Part shown: piece by piece, positions 13,957-27,046 of the stretch
Numbering within the stretch: position 1 is the first letter of the stretch
Layout: the number at the start of each line of letters is the position of its first letter
Assembly (NCBI RefSeq): GCF_001194135.2
Contig: NC_069002.1
Coordinates: 601,013-636,935 of the forward strand
From: Octopus bimaculoides
Lineage: Eukaryota
Direction: 5' to 3'
DNA: 35,923 bases
Made by a program: the position numbers and the translations under genes
Notes under the pieces: model-generated
What the model saw: the letters and a program-made list of their open reading frames with translations, nothing else
What the model was told of the DNA's origin: nothing
Database searches by the model: none

Positions 13957-15910
13957 GGGGTCTGCGTGTATAAAAACGGTCGGGGCAAATGCTGAAAAGA
14001 GAGGGGAAGGCAATGCGATTGAATTTAGATTAGGAAGTTTTCTTCAACAAGGAAATGAACCGTCCCAGCTTGCATTGTCTCCAAAACAGCCAAAATTCTC
14101 CCGCAGAAACTTGATGGAACAACTTTGTCCATTCCAAATAACTTATTTACTTTGCTTTTTGGCCAGCTGGCTGGCAGGGGTTAGGAGGGTAGTGATGGAG
14201 GTTTTGGCGGTGGTGGTCGGGATGGTTAGATGGTGGAAGTGCTGGGTGAAAAGCACCTAAACACGATCTCTTCCGATTTGATCTCGTTTCCTCACGTCTT
14301 CCATTCTCATCCTATTCTCCTCCATGTCAAACCACTTCTCAGTCATCGTCGCCGTCGTTGTCATTGTCATCAACACCGTCGTCATCATCATCATCGTCAT
14401 CATCGCCGTCGTCATTGTGATCATCGTCACCACCGCCACCGCCGTCATCATTGCCATTAATGAAAGTTGCCCGGGATGAACAAACAATAAAGGTGTAAAA
14501 GAGATGTAGGGGGGAGTGACAAGTAGCTGCAGTGGTGGTGGTGGTAGTAGTAGTAGTAGTAAGTAAAATTAATGCTAGTTGGTGGCGATGGTGTTGGTGG
14601 CAGTTGTAAGAACAGCATCGGGCAGGCACTGATGCCAAGTTTCCTTACGGGAACGAGAGAAATGGGTGGGTGGGGAGAAGCGATGAAAATGACCTGGCTT
14701 CATCAGACCTGACCTGACCTGACCTGACCTTTTACAGGTGACCCATTCCAAAGCTTCTATTAACGTTCATTCTGTTTCTTTCTCTCGTCTTCATTTAAGT
14801 TTGATCGGTTCCAAGTTTGAAAATGATGAGGTCGGAAGATGAGCATTTGATATGGAGAGGGAGAGAAAGAGAGAGAAAAGTAGTGATGGTGGAGGCAAAA
14901 GTATTAGTAGCGTGTCAGGTTGAGGAGTAAGGAATCATCGCCAAATCCATTTTCAATCATCATCGTCATCATCAACACCACCACCACCGTCATATTCATC
15001 ACCAATGTCATCATCATCATCATCATTTCTACCACTGTCGCCATCTCATTATTACATGATTCCACGTGGAAATCGAAACCGTATTTCGCTGTTTCGGTTC
15101 ACCAGTTCTTCTCTGTATTTGATGAGTGAGAAAAGTATGCGATGAGAGATGCTTTACCATTCTTCGTTCCAGCTCTGTGCTCGATAAAGGTTGACGAGGA
15201 TAAAGAGACAAAAAATAAAAAGAAAGAAAGAGAAAAGACGAAGGCCTTTTTCGAAATTTCGGAATTTCCTTTAGAAGACATCGCACGCGGGAAAATGAGA
15301 AAATGAAACAAGACAGACAAAAGAGGGAAAGAAAAGAATGACCGGACACATGTAATGACCATTAGTAGTTCGTTTATTTAGATGTTTTTGTCGGGTTCCA
15401 CTGACCGCTTGGTTAAATGCAGGTGTTAGTGGTGTGTGAGTGTGTGTGTGTGTGTGAGTGAGAGAGAGAAATAACTGAAGGATGAAGAGGTTAAGATTAG
15501 GTACAAGTAACTTCGTTAACAAAAAGAAAGAAAACACGACGAATCCCATAAAATACGAGTTAGGGTTTGGAGACGGTCCAGTGACCATCCCTTCTCATCG
15601 AGTAAGAATAACAACATGAATAATATATAAATGGAAAAAAATAGCCACCTGTTTCCTTTAAAGAAGGGGATACAATTTATAGGGTGAATGTGACAAGAAG
15701 TTGTTGAAACGAGAAAACGTTTTAATTCCGTTCGTTGTTTTGGTCCAAGTCATCCCTGAACAGACAGGACTTCTATGTAAAGTGTTCCAGCCGTGACTAT
15801 CACGTATTTTGTCTAGACTACATCATTCAATGTCGTGAAATGGCTTTAGGATGTGACTTGTGGAGTAGGTTATTTGACTCTGATTTCTAGAAAGTCCATC
15901 TACCACATAG

Positions 15911-16020
15911 AATAAGCAGTAAGCCTTAAAAAAAAAATACCGAGGTCGAGTCGTTCGACTAAAATTCTATAAGGCGGTGCCCCAGCATGGTCGCGGTCTA
16001 ATGACTGAAACAAGTAAAAG
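15911..16020 (+). mobile_element. SINE 3' portion
   Basis: aataag...ggtcgagtcgttcgactaaaa...aaggcggtgccccagcatggtcgcggtctaatgactgaaacaagtaaaag; the gccccagcatggccgcag tail recurs near 35310. Confidence 0.7.
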
Positions 16021-16021
16021 G

Positions 16022-16088
<67 letters not shown>

Positions 16089-16516
16089 GTCTGATGGGCT
16101 TCGTAGAAGGTGCCACTAGAATGGATCGAACTTGAAATTCTGTTATTGCAAAGCCAACTATTCATCCTCACAGCCACACATATATACATACACACTATAT
16201 ACATGCATACATATGTGTGTATGTGTGTGTGTGAGATTATGCTTTTGTTTTTGTTTTTAGCTTGTTAATGAGAATTGCAGATAAAACATTGAAGAAAGTG
16301 GTGTTCAAAGGAGGGTCGAACAGTGGAAAAGCTATGTGTGTGTGTGTGTGTGTGTGTGTATTGCACGGTTCGTTTCATCTCAATGAGACTGTGAAGAAAG
16401 AAAAAGAGGGCTGAAGCAGTGGTAGCGAAACAACAAACACAAAAACAGACAGCAAAAACCAAAACAACACCAGTTTAATAAAAATATATGTGTGTGTGTG
16501 TATGTATATATATATA

Positions 16517-16525
16517 TATTTGAGG

Positions 16526-16571
<46 letters not shown>

Positions 16572-16580
16572 CCTCAAATA
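16517..16580. repeat. 64-nt perfect palindrome
   Basis: tatttgaggtgtttt-(AT)17-aaaacacctcaaata. Confidence 0.9.
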
Positions 16581-17265
16581 CCTACCACCAAAGAAACTCC
16601 CCCCCTACCCTAGTTGTTCTCTCAAAACCTTGGGGATGGAGCACTAATTNNNNNNNNNNNNNNNNNNNNNNNNNNNNNNNNNNNNNNNNNNNNNNNNNNN
16701 NNNNNNNNNNNNNNNNNNNNNNNNNNNNNNNNNNNNNNNNNNNNNNNNNNNNNNNNNNNNNNNNNNNNNNNNNNNNNNNNNNNNNNNNNNNNNNNNNNNN
16801 NNNNNNNNNNNNNNNNNNNNNNNNNNNNNNNNNNNNNNNNNNNNNNNNNNNNNNNNNNNNNNNNNNNNNNNNNNNNNNNNNNNNNNNNNNNCTCTATGAC
16901 CTTAGTTTTGTTTATGTTTTTCAAAGTTAATTTTAATTTATTCCTTAACCTAGATTTGAACTCTGAATCTTCCACCACACACACACTGAATTGTGGCCAT
17001 AGTAGTCAGCAATACAACCCCCCCCCCCACTTCCCCACCACATAAAAATCATTCCTAAACTTATTTTATCGGTCACTATTAATCCAATGTCCATCCTATC
17101 TTTCGATACAAGGTAGCGATCGCCAAGCATTTTGGATGCCAGACAATTTTCCCACCGACCAGGAGATCACGTGTATAACAAAAATCCATAAAGGCCGTGA
17201 TATATACATATATATATATATATATAGCTCATTATGTATATAATCCATACATAATCCTTTCTGCT

Positions 17266-17424
17266 GGGGCAAGGGATAGTCGATTGACTCCAGTGAGTAG
17301 CTAGTACTTATCCCAGCGACCCTGAAAGGATGAAAGGCAAAGTCGACCTCGGCGGAATTTGAACTCGGAGTATAAAGACAGACGAAATACCGGTAAGCAC
17401 TTCGCCCGGCGTGCTAATGATTCT
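17266..17424 (-). mobile_element. SINE copy, same family
   Basis: aaaggatgaaaggcaaagtcgacctcggcggaatttgaactc...cccggcgtgctaatgattct is the reverse complement of the family pattern. Confidence 0.85.
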
Positions 17425-17588
17425 TTTCTACTTTAGGCACAAGGCCCGAAATTATTTAATTTATCGACCCCGAAAGGATGAAAGACAAAGTCGACTTCTG
17501 CGGATTTTGAACTCATAACGTAAAGACGGACGAAATGTCGGCAAGCTCTTTGTCCGGCGTGCTAACGATTTTGCTAGCTTACAGCTTT
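17425..17588 (-). mobile_element. Second adjacent SINE copy, same orientation
   Basis: Repeats gaaaggatgaaagacaaagtcgac...ttgaactc...ccggcgtgctaacgat directly after the first copy. Confidence 0.85.
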
Positions 17589-18578
17589 AATTATTTCTAA
17601 TAATATTAAAATTTTAAAATAGAATAGGATTTTCTAGAAATTGAATGGCAGTGAGGGTTCACTCGAATAAAATAGGGATCAAAGAGGTCCATAGGTCAAA
17701 AATGGTTGAGAACCACAAGCGATGATGATGATGGTGATTGTGACAGTGATGGTCAGGGTGGGGTTTCGCGGTCTTATGGAGGCATTTTCTGTCGGGTAAC
17801 GCCCAGTAAGGGATCGAATGGACGAGTGGGGATGAAGTCGACAAGTGTGGCGTAGGGGCACCAGGCAGGAATGTGACATGCTTTCATTAACAGGTGCAGT
17901 TCATCCACCCGGATAACTACCCGATTAATTAGAAACATGTTTTGGGATCAACTGACTGTTCAGTAGTGGCGATGGTGATGATGATGATGATGATAATGAT
18001 GATGACGGTTGTGGTGAAGGGCTGGTTACACTCACACACGATGAAGCAATCTCCTAGAAAGAGTTGCCAAAATACCTCAAACCACATGTACCCGCTTCGC
18101 TAAGGCACATAAATACTGTTAACATAATAACGAAAGACATAAAACACCAAGAATCAATCTCAACATGCTGGCTTGATTTGCTAAAAATAGCAGCCAGATC
18201 TTCCAGAAATCATCCTCTTGTTTTGAGAGAAAATTCAAGCCTAACAATTAATGGACTCCAAGACACACTTAGTCCGAATCATACAAGGGAAGAACCATCG
18301 CGACTGTATTGCCAGCAGCAGCAGCACCGCCATCACTACGATCGCCATGACAACTGCTACCATCACCACAGCCACCACGTGGAAAGCACCTATCGCCATC
18401 ACTACGACCAGCATCATGACAGCCATCACAACCACCCTTTCCACGATCACGACCCCCAACGCTAACACCACCACCAACGCCTTCACATACATCGTCATTA
18501 GTGTCAAAGACCCGGGCCACACCCGAGTGACATCTCACGTCTCAAAATTTGACATTAATGATCGCACCATCTGTGTTG

Positions 18579-18710
<132 letters not shown>

Positions 18711-18888
18711 GTGAAGGTTAAGGTGAGGAAGGTTCGTTGCTGCTGTTGCTTCTGCGGATGTTGATGGCGAGCTTGATCTGGACAGAAACAGCTTAAGACT
18801 TACTAACCGAACACACAATCGTTTTTCCATCTGTCTACAGAACATTGTTTGTACGTTTGTTCGTGTGCGTGCGTACGTATTTGCGTAT

Positions 18889-18960
18889 GATTCAATCCTA
18901 TCGCGTGGAATCTTGGGCAAGTATCTCCTTTTGTGGGAAACGGAAACTGTATGGAAGCTA
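18889..18960 (+). mobile_element. Fragment of a second SINE-like repeat family
   Basis: gattcaatcctatcgcgtggaatcttgggcaagt...acggaaactg resembles a common cephalopod SINE as I recall it; related decayed pieces near 29550 and 30590. Confidence 0.5.
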
Positions 18961-19923
18961 GACACACACACACCCACACATTGGGCTTCCGTAGAGTTGT
19001 GTGCGTGTGTACTTATCTATGTATAATACTCCCTTCCTGTTAACAACTTGTTCTCGCTTTGTTTACGTCCTCGTGACCTAGTAGTTGGACCAAAGGGACC
19101 GATAGACAAAACAATAACAAATGCTGGGGTCGATATAACTACCGAAATTGCGTACATAAGAAAACTCCTGGTGACACCGATTAAGATAACTTGTGCTTTG
19201 AAATATATTCAAGACATTGGAACCGAAAAGAATGGCATCCGCCGCATTTCGTCATGGAGAAATATTCCAGCGGTAAACGAATAGCTTCTACTCCGTATTT
19301 ACTATGGTCGGGCAACCGCTTAGCGCCACCAGTCAATGTGTTTTGATTGGAATCTAATAAAACCGAGTTTTGTCTTCGTGTAGTCAGGTCAGAGTGTTGT
19401 CTCTTTCCAGTATCTACTGCTGATGAGAAGATAATTACTTCGAAATGCAAGCAGCCATCGATCTGGATACACACACGCTCGCAAGCACACACTCACGCCA
19501 TTACATGCATATATAATGATATATATTTCACATACACCCGATTAGATGTAAGAAATGAATGTGTATGTATACCTACAGATTTTTTCCCAAAGTTACCTAA
19601 TGTGAGAAATCTTGTTCACCCATCCATCCATCCATCCATCGAACCATCCGTGCGCGCGCGCGGGTGCTTGCGTGTCTGCGCACATACGCCTATATACAGT
19701 AGTGTTTCGAATTAATCTTGGTTTCGTTGGGTGGTCCAAGCTTGTGCTTCACGGTGTTACGCTCGTTCCTGACCTGTGTAATATCATCGACAACAACACG
19801 AACAACATCAACAACAACAACAACAAGCACAGCGATCGCAATACGAACAAATAAATGCTTTGGCAGCCACACGCAGTCAGAAGTCACACGACGATAAAGA
19901 ATGTGGTGGTGGCGGTGGTGATG

Positions 19924-19965
<42 letters not shown>

Positions 19966-20902
19966 GTTTCAAATTTTGGAAAAACAACTCAAGGAAACAA
20001 AAAAAAATCACAAACTTGAGGACGTCTTCACATGAATCTTGAACTCGTACCTCCCTAACCTCACAAGCTGTGTACCACTCTACAGGCGTACTAACGAAGG
20101 GTAGGGCTTCTACAGCCTGTGCTGGGGTAATAGGGTGCATTGTGTGGTCCTTCTTTAAGGTTACACACGCATTCATACACGCGCGCACACACACAAACAG
20201 CTCCGAATTAGTGTTCTGTCTCTTTCTCCCTTGAATGCAAACAAACGAACACACATACACAGATCTATCTATCTATGAAAGTGCGCGCGCGCGCGTTACG
20301 TACTACTTGCGCTGCAGGACACTCTACTCATCCGGCGCAAACAGGAGATCATAAGCATTTCGGTATATTCCAATAGAATACCATCTTTTGGTGGTCTTGA
20401 TCAACATGGGAGGGGTAGCTCTGTGGGTAATGTTCTCTCTTTCTGAAGGCTGTTCGAAATACTCATCCGTAAATCTTATGATAAACTGGTATACAAAATG
20501 GAATTTTCACTGTTACTTAGCTTAAAAAAAAACAAAGATGGTGACGGTAACCAACCGTGAAAACGATCGCAATAAGTCTTCTATAATTCTTTTCAACAGC
20601 ACAGAAATCTTATATAGACTATGTTTCAGCTCCTTTGGAAAGACTGGATCCTATAAAGCGGATCCGTAAATTGATTTCAACAATTGCAAGTTGGCTATTA
20701 GTGTCGTGACCGTGTGGGAGCTTGTTGTCCAGACTTGAATAACTGACTTTAACGTTATGTGCATAGAAAAACTCTTTTGCTTGACGAAAGGTACGAAATG
20801 TATTCTTCAGTAATTTGCAACAACCATAAACTCATATAATATTTGACTGGGACATGTTTATTAATGCACCATGCAGTTCTTTCGTGCAACAGGATTAAAT
20901 CA

Positions 20903-21111
20903 GAGAGCTGACAGAATCGTTAACATGGCGAGGAAAAAATTGCTCAGCGACAATTTCTTCCGACTTTACGTTTTGAGTTCAAATGTCACCGGAGTCGACT
21001 TTGCGTTTCATCGAATCAAGGTCGATAAAATAAGTATTAGTTGAGTAGCGGTGCGGATGTAATCAACTTACCACCCACTATCTTACTGGATTTGTGCCAC
21101 ATTTTGGAAAT
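20903..21111 (+). mobile_element. SINE copy, same family (diverged)
   Basis: gagagctgacagaatcgtta...gagttcaaat...gtcgactttgcgtttcatc...gtcgataaaataagta...gatgtaatcaactt. Confidence 0.8.
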
Positions 21112-21143
21112 CAATATCACTATTTCTGCTATTATTATTATCT

Positions 21144-21181
<38 letters not shown>

Positions 21182-22295
21182 TGTTATTGTAGTGCTCTAA
21201 ATAACGTTTGAGGGCGGCGGATGACAGAGTCAGGAGTTCAGTTAGATTCTAAGTTCAAATCCTTGAGATGTAGAATTTTGCCTATCATCGTTCTGGGGAC
21301 CAGATGTCTGTCAAAAGGTTAGCCATTTTTTTTTTGTTTATTGACGGACATGTTTTAAAGTCATCGAAAAGAAACTTTAGGCTGCTTATTCTGATGACAA
21401 TGGTTGTTCTCTGATGTGGTTTTTCGCCAAATTGAGTCTCAGGTTAAAATGGTCTGCAACAACAGAAGCAGGGACGCGCTTGCAATCTCTAACTCATTGT
21501 CTCTCTGTCTATCTATCTGTCTGTCTGTCCTCCTTCTCCTCTCTCTCTCTCTCGCATACATACGCACACGCATAAACATGCATATTCACTTGCACACGTA
21601 TACAAACACACATATGTAGATTCACACGAGCTNNNNNNNNNNNNNNNNNNNNNNNNNNNNNNNNNNNNNNNNNNNNNNNNNNNNNNNNNNNNNNNNNNNN
21701 NNNNNNNNNNNNNNNNNNNNNNNNNNNNNNNNNNNNNNNNNNNNNNNNNNNNNNNNNNNNNNNNNNNNNNNNNNNNNNNNNNNNNNNNNNNNNNNNNNNN
21801 NNNNNNNNNNNNNNNNNNNNNNNNNNNNNNNNNNNNNNNNNNNNNNNNNNNNNNNNNNNNNNNNNNNNNNNNNNNNNNNNNNNNNNNNNNNNNNNNNNNN
21901 NNNNNNNNNNNNNNNNNNNNNNNNNNNNNNNNNNNNNNNNNNNNNNNNNNNNNNNNNNNNNNNNNNNNNNNNNNNNNNNNNNNNNNNNNNNNNNNNNNNN
22001 NNNNNNNNNNNNNNNNNNNNNNNNNNNNNNNNNNNNNNNNNNNNNNNNNNNNNNNNNNNNNNNNNNNNNNNNNNNNNNNNNNNNNNNNNNNNNNNNNNNN
22101 NNNNNNNNNNNNNNNNNNNNNNNNNNNNNNNNNNNNNNNNNNNNNNNNNNNNNNNNNNNNNNNNNNNNNNNNNNNNNNNNNNNNNNNNNNNNNNNNNNNN
22201 NNNNNNNNNNNNNNNNNNNNNNNNNNNNNNNNNNNNNNNNNNNNNNNNNNNNNNNNNNNNNNNNNNNNNNNNNNNNNNNNNNNNNNNNNNNNNNN

Positions 22296-22355
<60 letters not shown>

Positions 22356-22977
22356 TTTGTATATATACATATATGCATATATTTTAAAACATATACGCAT
22401 ATTTGTATGTATGTATGTAAGTATATATATATATATATGTTATATGCACGCATATTTATATACATTTGCAATTACTTTCATTTTTATTCATATTTTTTAA
22501 AACAATACCTCGTTTTTTTTTTTCAAGTCATTGCTCCCATTGATTTTATTGTTATTGTTGGTGTTCCTAAGAAGATTTAAAGAACAACATTTGTGAATGA
22601 GAGCCAGAGGGAGACAAAGTTGATGACAGGAGCGCCGACCCCTTGGATTGAACCACTTAATCCCTAATATCTGTCCCCCTTCTACTCGACCCGTATATTG
22701 CCTTCCGTCTATCCCCAACACCACCACCATATATGCTGCTTGCGTCTGGAGGTTAATCTTCCTAAACGACACATATCTACACGTCTATGTGTATATGTTT
22801 GTACGTAGGTATGAGCATATATGTATACTTATGTTTCTGATATATTTGTGTGTGTGTGTGTGTGCGCAATTATGGTGAACCTAGAATTAATATTTTCGGC
22901 CTGATTTCCCACATACGACTACACAAACGCACACACAGTCACGTATACATGATATACATGTATATCTTCATACCCAC

Positions 22978-23027
<50 letters not shown>

Positions 23028-23517
23028 NNNNNNNNNNNNNNNNNNNNNNNNNNNNNNNNNNNNNNNNNNNNNNNNNNNNNNNNNNNNNNNNNNNNNNNNN
23101 NNNNNNNNNNNNNNNNNNNNNNNNNNNNNNNNNNNNNNNNNNNNNNNNNNNNNNNNNNNNNNNNNNNNNNNNNNNNNNNNNNNNNNNNNNNNNNNNNNNN
23201 NNNNNNNNNNNNNNNNNNNNNNNNNNNNNNNNNNNNNNNNNNNNNNNNNNNNNNNNNNNNNNNNNNNNNNNNNNNNNNNNNNNNNNNNNNNNNNNNNNNN
23301 NNNNNNNNNNNNNNNNNNNNNNNNNNNNNNNNNNNNNNNNNNNNNNNNNNNNNNNNNNNNNNNNNNNNNNNNNNNNNNNNNNNNNNNNNNNNNNNNNNNN
23401 NNNNNNNNNNNNNNNNNNNNNNNNNNNNNNNNNNNNNNNNNNNNNNNNNNNNNNNNNNNNNNNNNNNNNNNNNNNNNNNNNNNNNNNNNNNNNNNNNNNN
23501 NNNNNNNNNNNNNNNNN

Positions 23518-23558
<41 letters not shown>

Positions 23559-24624
23559 TAGGAAGTATTGTAGATTGAAAAATAAATGGTTGCGGAGCTA
23601 TCACTGGTTATCTAAGCCACCCGACCAACAATGGTGACACCCACCCACTAAAGCAACCCCACTCTCTCCCACTGACCATACCAATCTGGATGACATACCC
23701 ACTTCCAGATGACATTAATATCCGATATCTCTCGCAAATAGAATCTCCAGCTGTGTGTTTCTGCATTGTGAAAAAACTAAGGAACCGAAACCTGCCTTTG
23801 AGAATTGTGCACGACACACAATGGCCTTGGAACTGTTCCTATAGACACACACACACACATTGTTGTGTCTAGGGAGAGTCATTATGCTAATATTAACACA
23901 CGCACTGGTACAATTTATATATATATGTACAGATAGACAAACACCCTCACACACATGCGGACAAACACGCACATACACATACGCATGTTACCTATCGAAT
24001 ATAATTGCTTCCTTGTAATCCGATATCAGAAATCCTCAGGTTATATAGACATCTAGAAATGGGTGTGTATACACAGTTATATATAAATTACAAAAATAAT
24101 TAAGCAACTTATAGAAATGGATTTTTCCAAATATGCAGAGTAATACAGAATCCAGTAGAAAAATGGACTGACCCATGTGTTTTGGGTTGGGGGTAAAGAA
24201 TTAGTATTAAAATGAAGAACAAACATTTTACATGAACAAAGGATAACAAAAACAGATATTTTCCAATCAATCAATCACAGGAATATTAGCAACAATCATG
24301 GAAATTGTAATGATTTTTTTTTATAAGTAATTAAATACAAATCATTTAGTTCAATAAATTTTTCGATTTTTTTTCTTTGAATAATTATTATCTTTTTTTT
24401 TTGGCTTTGTAAATTTTTTCATTTACTTTTGTAATTTAAAATTCTTTTGAATTTTCAAATATTTTTTAAAGATTGTTTATACATACCTATAGATACAAAT
24501 AAATATAGATTTAGTTAATATATATATATACGTTCCCAAACATACACATATAAATATATACAACAAAATTATAGAAGAGTTCTGAGACACATGCTTCTTG
24601 TTATGGTAGCACGCACACACACGC

Positions 24625-24671
<47 letters not shown>

Positions 24672-24674
24672 TTA

Positions 24675-24869
<195 letters not shown>

Positions 24870-26387
24870 TTATACAGTTCAACCGAGTAGCGCTCTGATA
24901 GAGCTTCAGGAATATAAAATTAAGGAGGAGAGAAAATAAATTCAAAGGTCGATGTATATATTCATTCAATCCATATTAACGAAATTCTGCATGGTATAAA
25001 ATATACATACATAGATGCATTCATCTATATGATATGTAAAAAATTTCTAAGAATTTATAAATACATACATATACACGAAAATTTATAAATATAAAAAATT
25101 CATGGATATAAAAATTCATAAATATAAAAGAAATGGTGGGTTAAATAATTTAATAAAAATCGAATGTTTGATCGGACCATTCTCTTCGGGCGTATGATGT
25201 TAAAAGGCGAAAGTGTATTACGACATTGTATATAATATAAAGTTGTAGAAGAGCCCATAATATGAAGTAAGGCTAAATTAGAATCCTATAGTTTAATCAT
25301 TTTTGAAAAATTTAAACGTTGGAAGATATTTGTGTCTACAGGTAATTATAACGTCAGGTATCTTATTAAGTAAACTATTTTTGTTGGCTCGGATTCTGTA
25401 GATCACCTCCTTCCTGCATAAAATGCAATTCTTCGTGTGTGTATTAATATGGTGTGGCTTCCCTTATTGTAGGCCAATTCAGACTGAATTCTTTATTGTT
25501 CATTTTTAATCTATTGATGTAGGTTGCTAGTGTGGTTGAGTTTTTTTTGTTTCGTAGTTAATGAACGAGTTTATACGCGCCCTATATCTACTTTTAAAGT
25601 CAATAGCACCACTTATGTAACTCTTTTTGGGTTCATTTAAGGTTGAGACTTCGACTTTATATACGGTATTTCTCCTTAAACAGAAACCTTTAAGGGGACA
25701 AAATTCCCTATTACGTCAATTACATGTTTTATTTTATTTCCGGGTTTAGTCTTATCCAAGTCCTTATTATTGTTCTTCGTGTTAGGATCAGCTAAGTTAT
25801 CTCTATTGGTTTCATTATTTCTAAGTTTAAGTCTGTCATTCCTGGCGAGACGCTAGTCCGTAGCCAAGTTAACTCACCAGCTGTTGAGCTACTCATTTTC
25901 AGCTGAGTGAACTGGATGATTACATTGATTNNNNNNNNNNTATATATACATATATACACGAACATATATATGCATGTGTATATGTATACATACATGCATA
26001 CACAGATACATGCATAATATATATTGAAAACCCATGCTGCAGTTTTTACTCCTCCCTCTCTCCCATTATTAGGCCTATAAGATTTTATTTGGAACAATAA
26101 AACTTCCGTCGTCTGTCGATGTTACAAGACTTTGCCAGTCTTTTCTTCTCAGTGATCTGATTATTGGCATCGTGGTTGTTGTTGTCGCTATTGTTGTTGT
26201 TGACCTCATAGCCTTAGTTATTCTTGTTGTCGTTGTGCTTGGCGTTTTTTTTTTTTTTTATAGTAGGCATGAATCATCGGAATTATGTTGAATGTCTGTG
26301 TTTCCCATTTGTCTTTTCCTTGGTCATCATGAATTTTTACCACTGACGTCCAGTTTCTTTCAAGTATCACGTGATACACAATACAAG

Positions 26388-26650
26388 CAGGGAATTGACT
26401 TGAGTCGTTAGCGTGCCGGACCTAGTACCAAACACTATCTGTTCCGACTCTTTATGTTATGAGTTCAAATAGCGCCGACGCCAAGGTTGCTTTTCATCTT
26501 TTTTTTTGGATGAGAGAACCCCCCCCCCAAAAAAAAACAAATACACCAATCCCAGTCGGAGCAATTTAGCAACTGTAAGAACGTCGAACCTTGTAGTATT
26601 TGTTCCGGTTCTTTACGTTCTGAGTTCAAACCCCACCCTGGCCAGTTTAA
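26388..26650 (+). mobile_element. Two degraded SINE fragments
   Basis: tttatgttatgagttcaaat and tttacgttctgagttcaaac B-box segments similar to intact copies. Confidence 0.6.
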
Positions 26651-26843
26651 GAAGAACACCTGGAATAGTAAGTGCTTTTAGTGGGGTCCACTCTGTTGCA
26701 AACTTTGGGGCCAGGTTTCCGTTCTGAGGATATCTTCCCCGCTTTCCCTTTCACTCTCAAAGTCACTTAGATTACGTGTTGGGCAAAACGTTCTCTCCTA
26801 TAACACAATCAATAATAATAATAATAATGGTTCCAGTAGTTAT

Positions 26844-27007
26844 TGAGGGAAAAGGCAAGTTGATTACATCGTCCCCAGTACTTGATTGGTCCTTGTTTGA
26901 AAGGCGAAGTCCACCTCAGCGGGATTTGAACTCAGACCGTAGTGTCGGACGAAATGCCGCTAAGCATTTTGTCCGAGGTGCTAATGATACTACAAGCTCT
27001 CCGCCTT
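26844..27007 (-). mobile_element. tRNA-derived SINE copy (reverse orientation)
   Basis: Reverse complement aligns by eye with 27047-27219 and other copies; contains B-box-like ctgagttcaaat. Confidence 0.85.
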
Positions 27008-27046
27008 GTTATCATTATTATTAATATTAATATTACTATTACTATT

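Noticed and set aside
17690-17718. aaaatggttgagaaccac, similar to hAT/MITE termini
   Set aside because: No matching opposite terminus or target-site duplication found.
19048-19715. Overlapping 78-122 aa ORFs in unique sequence
   Set aside because: No recognisable domain and no consistent splice structure; treated as non-coding.
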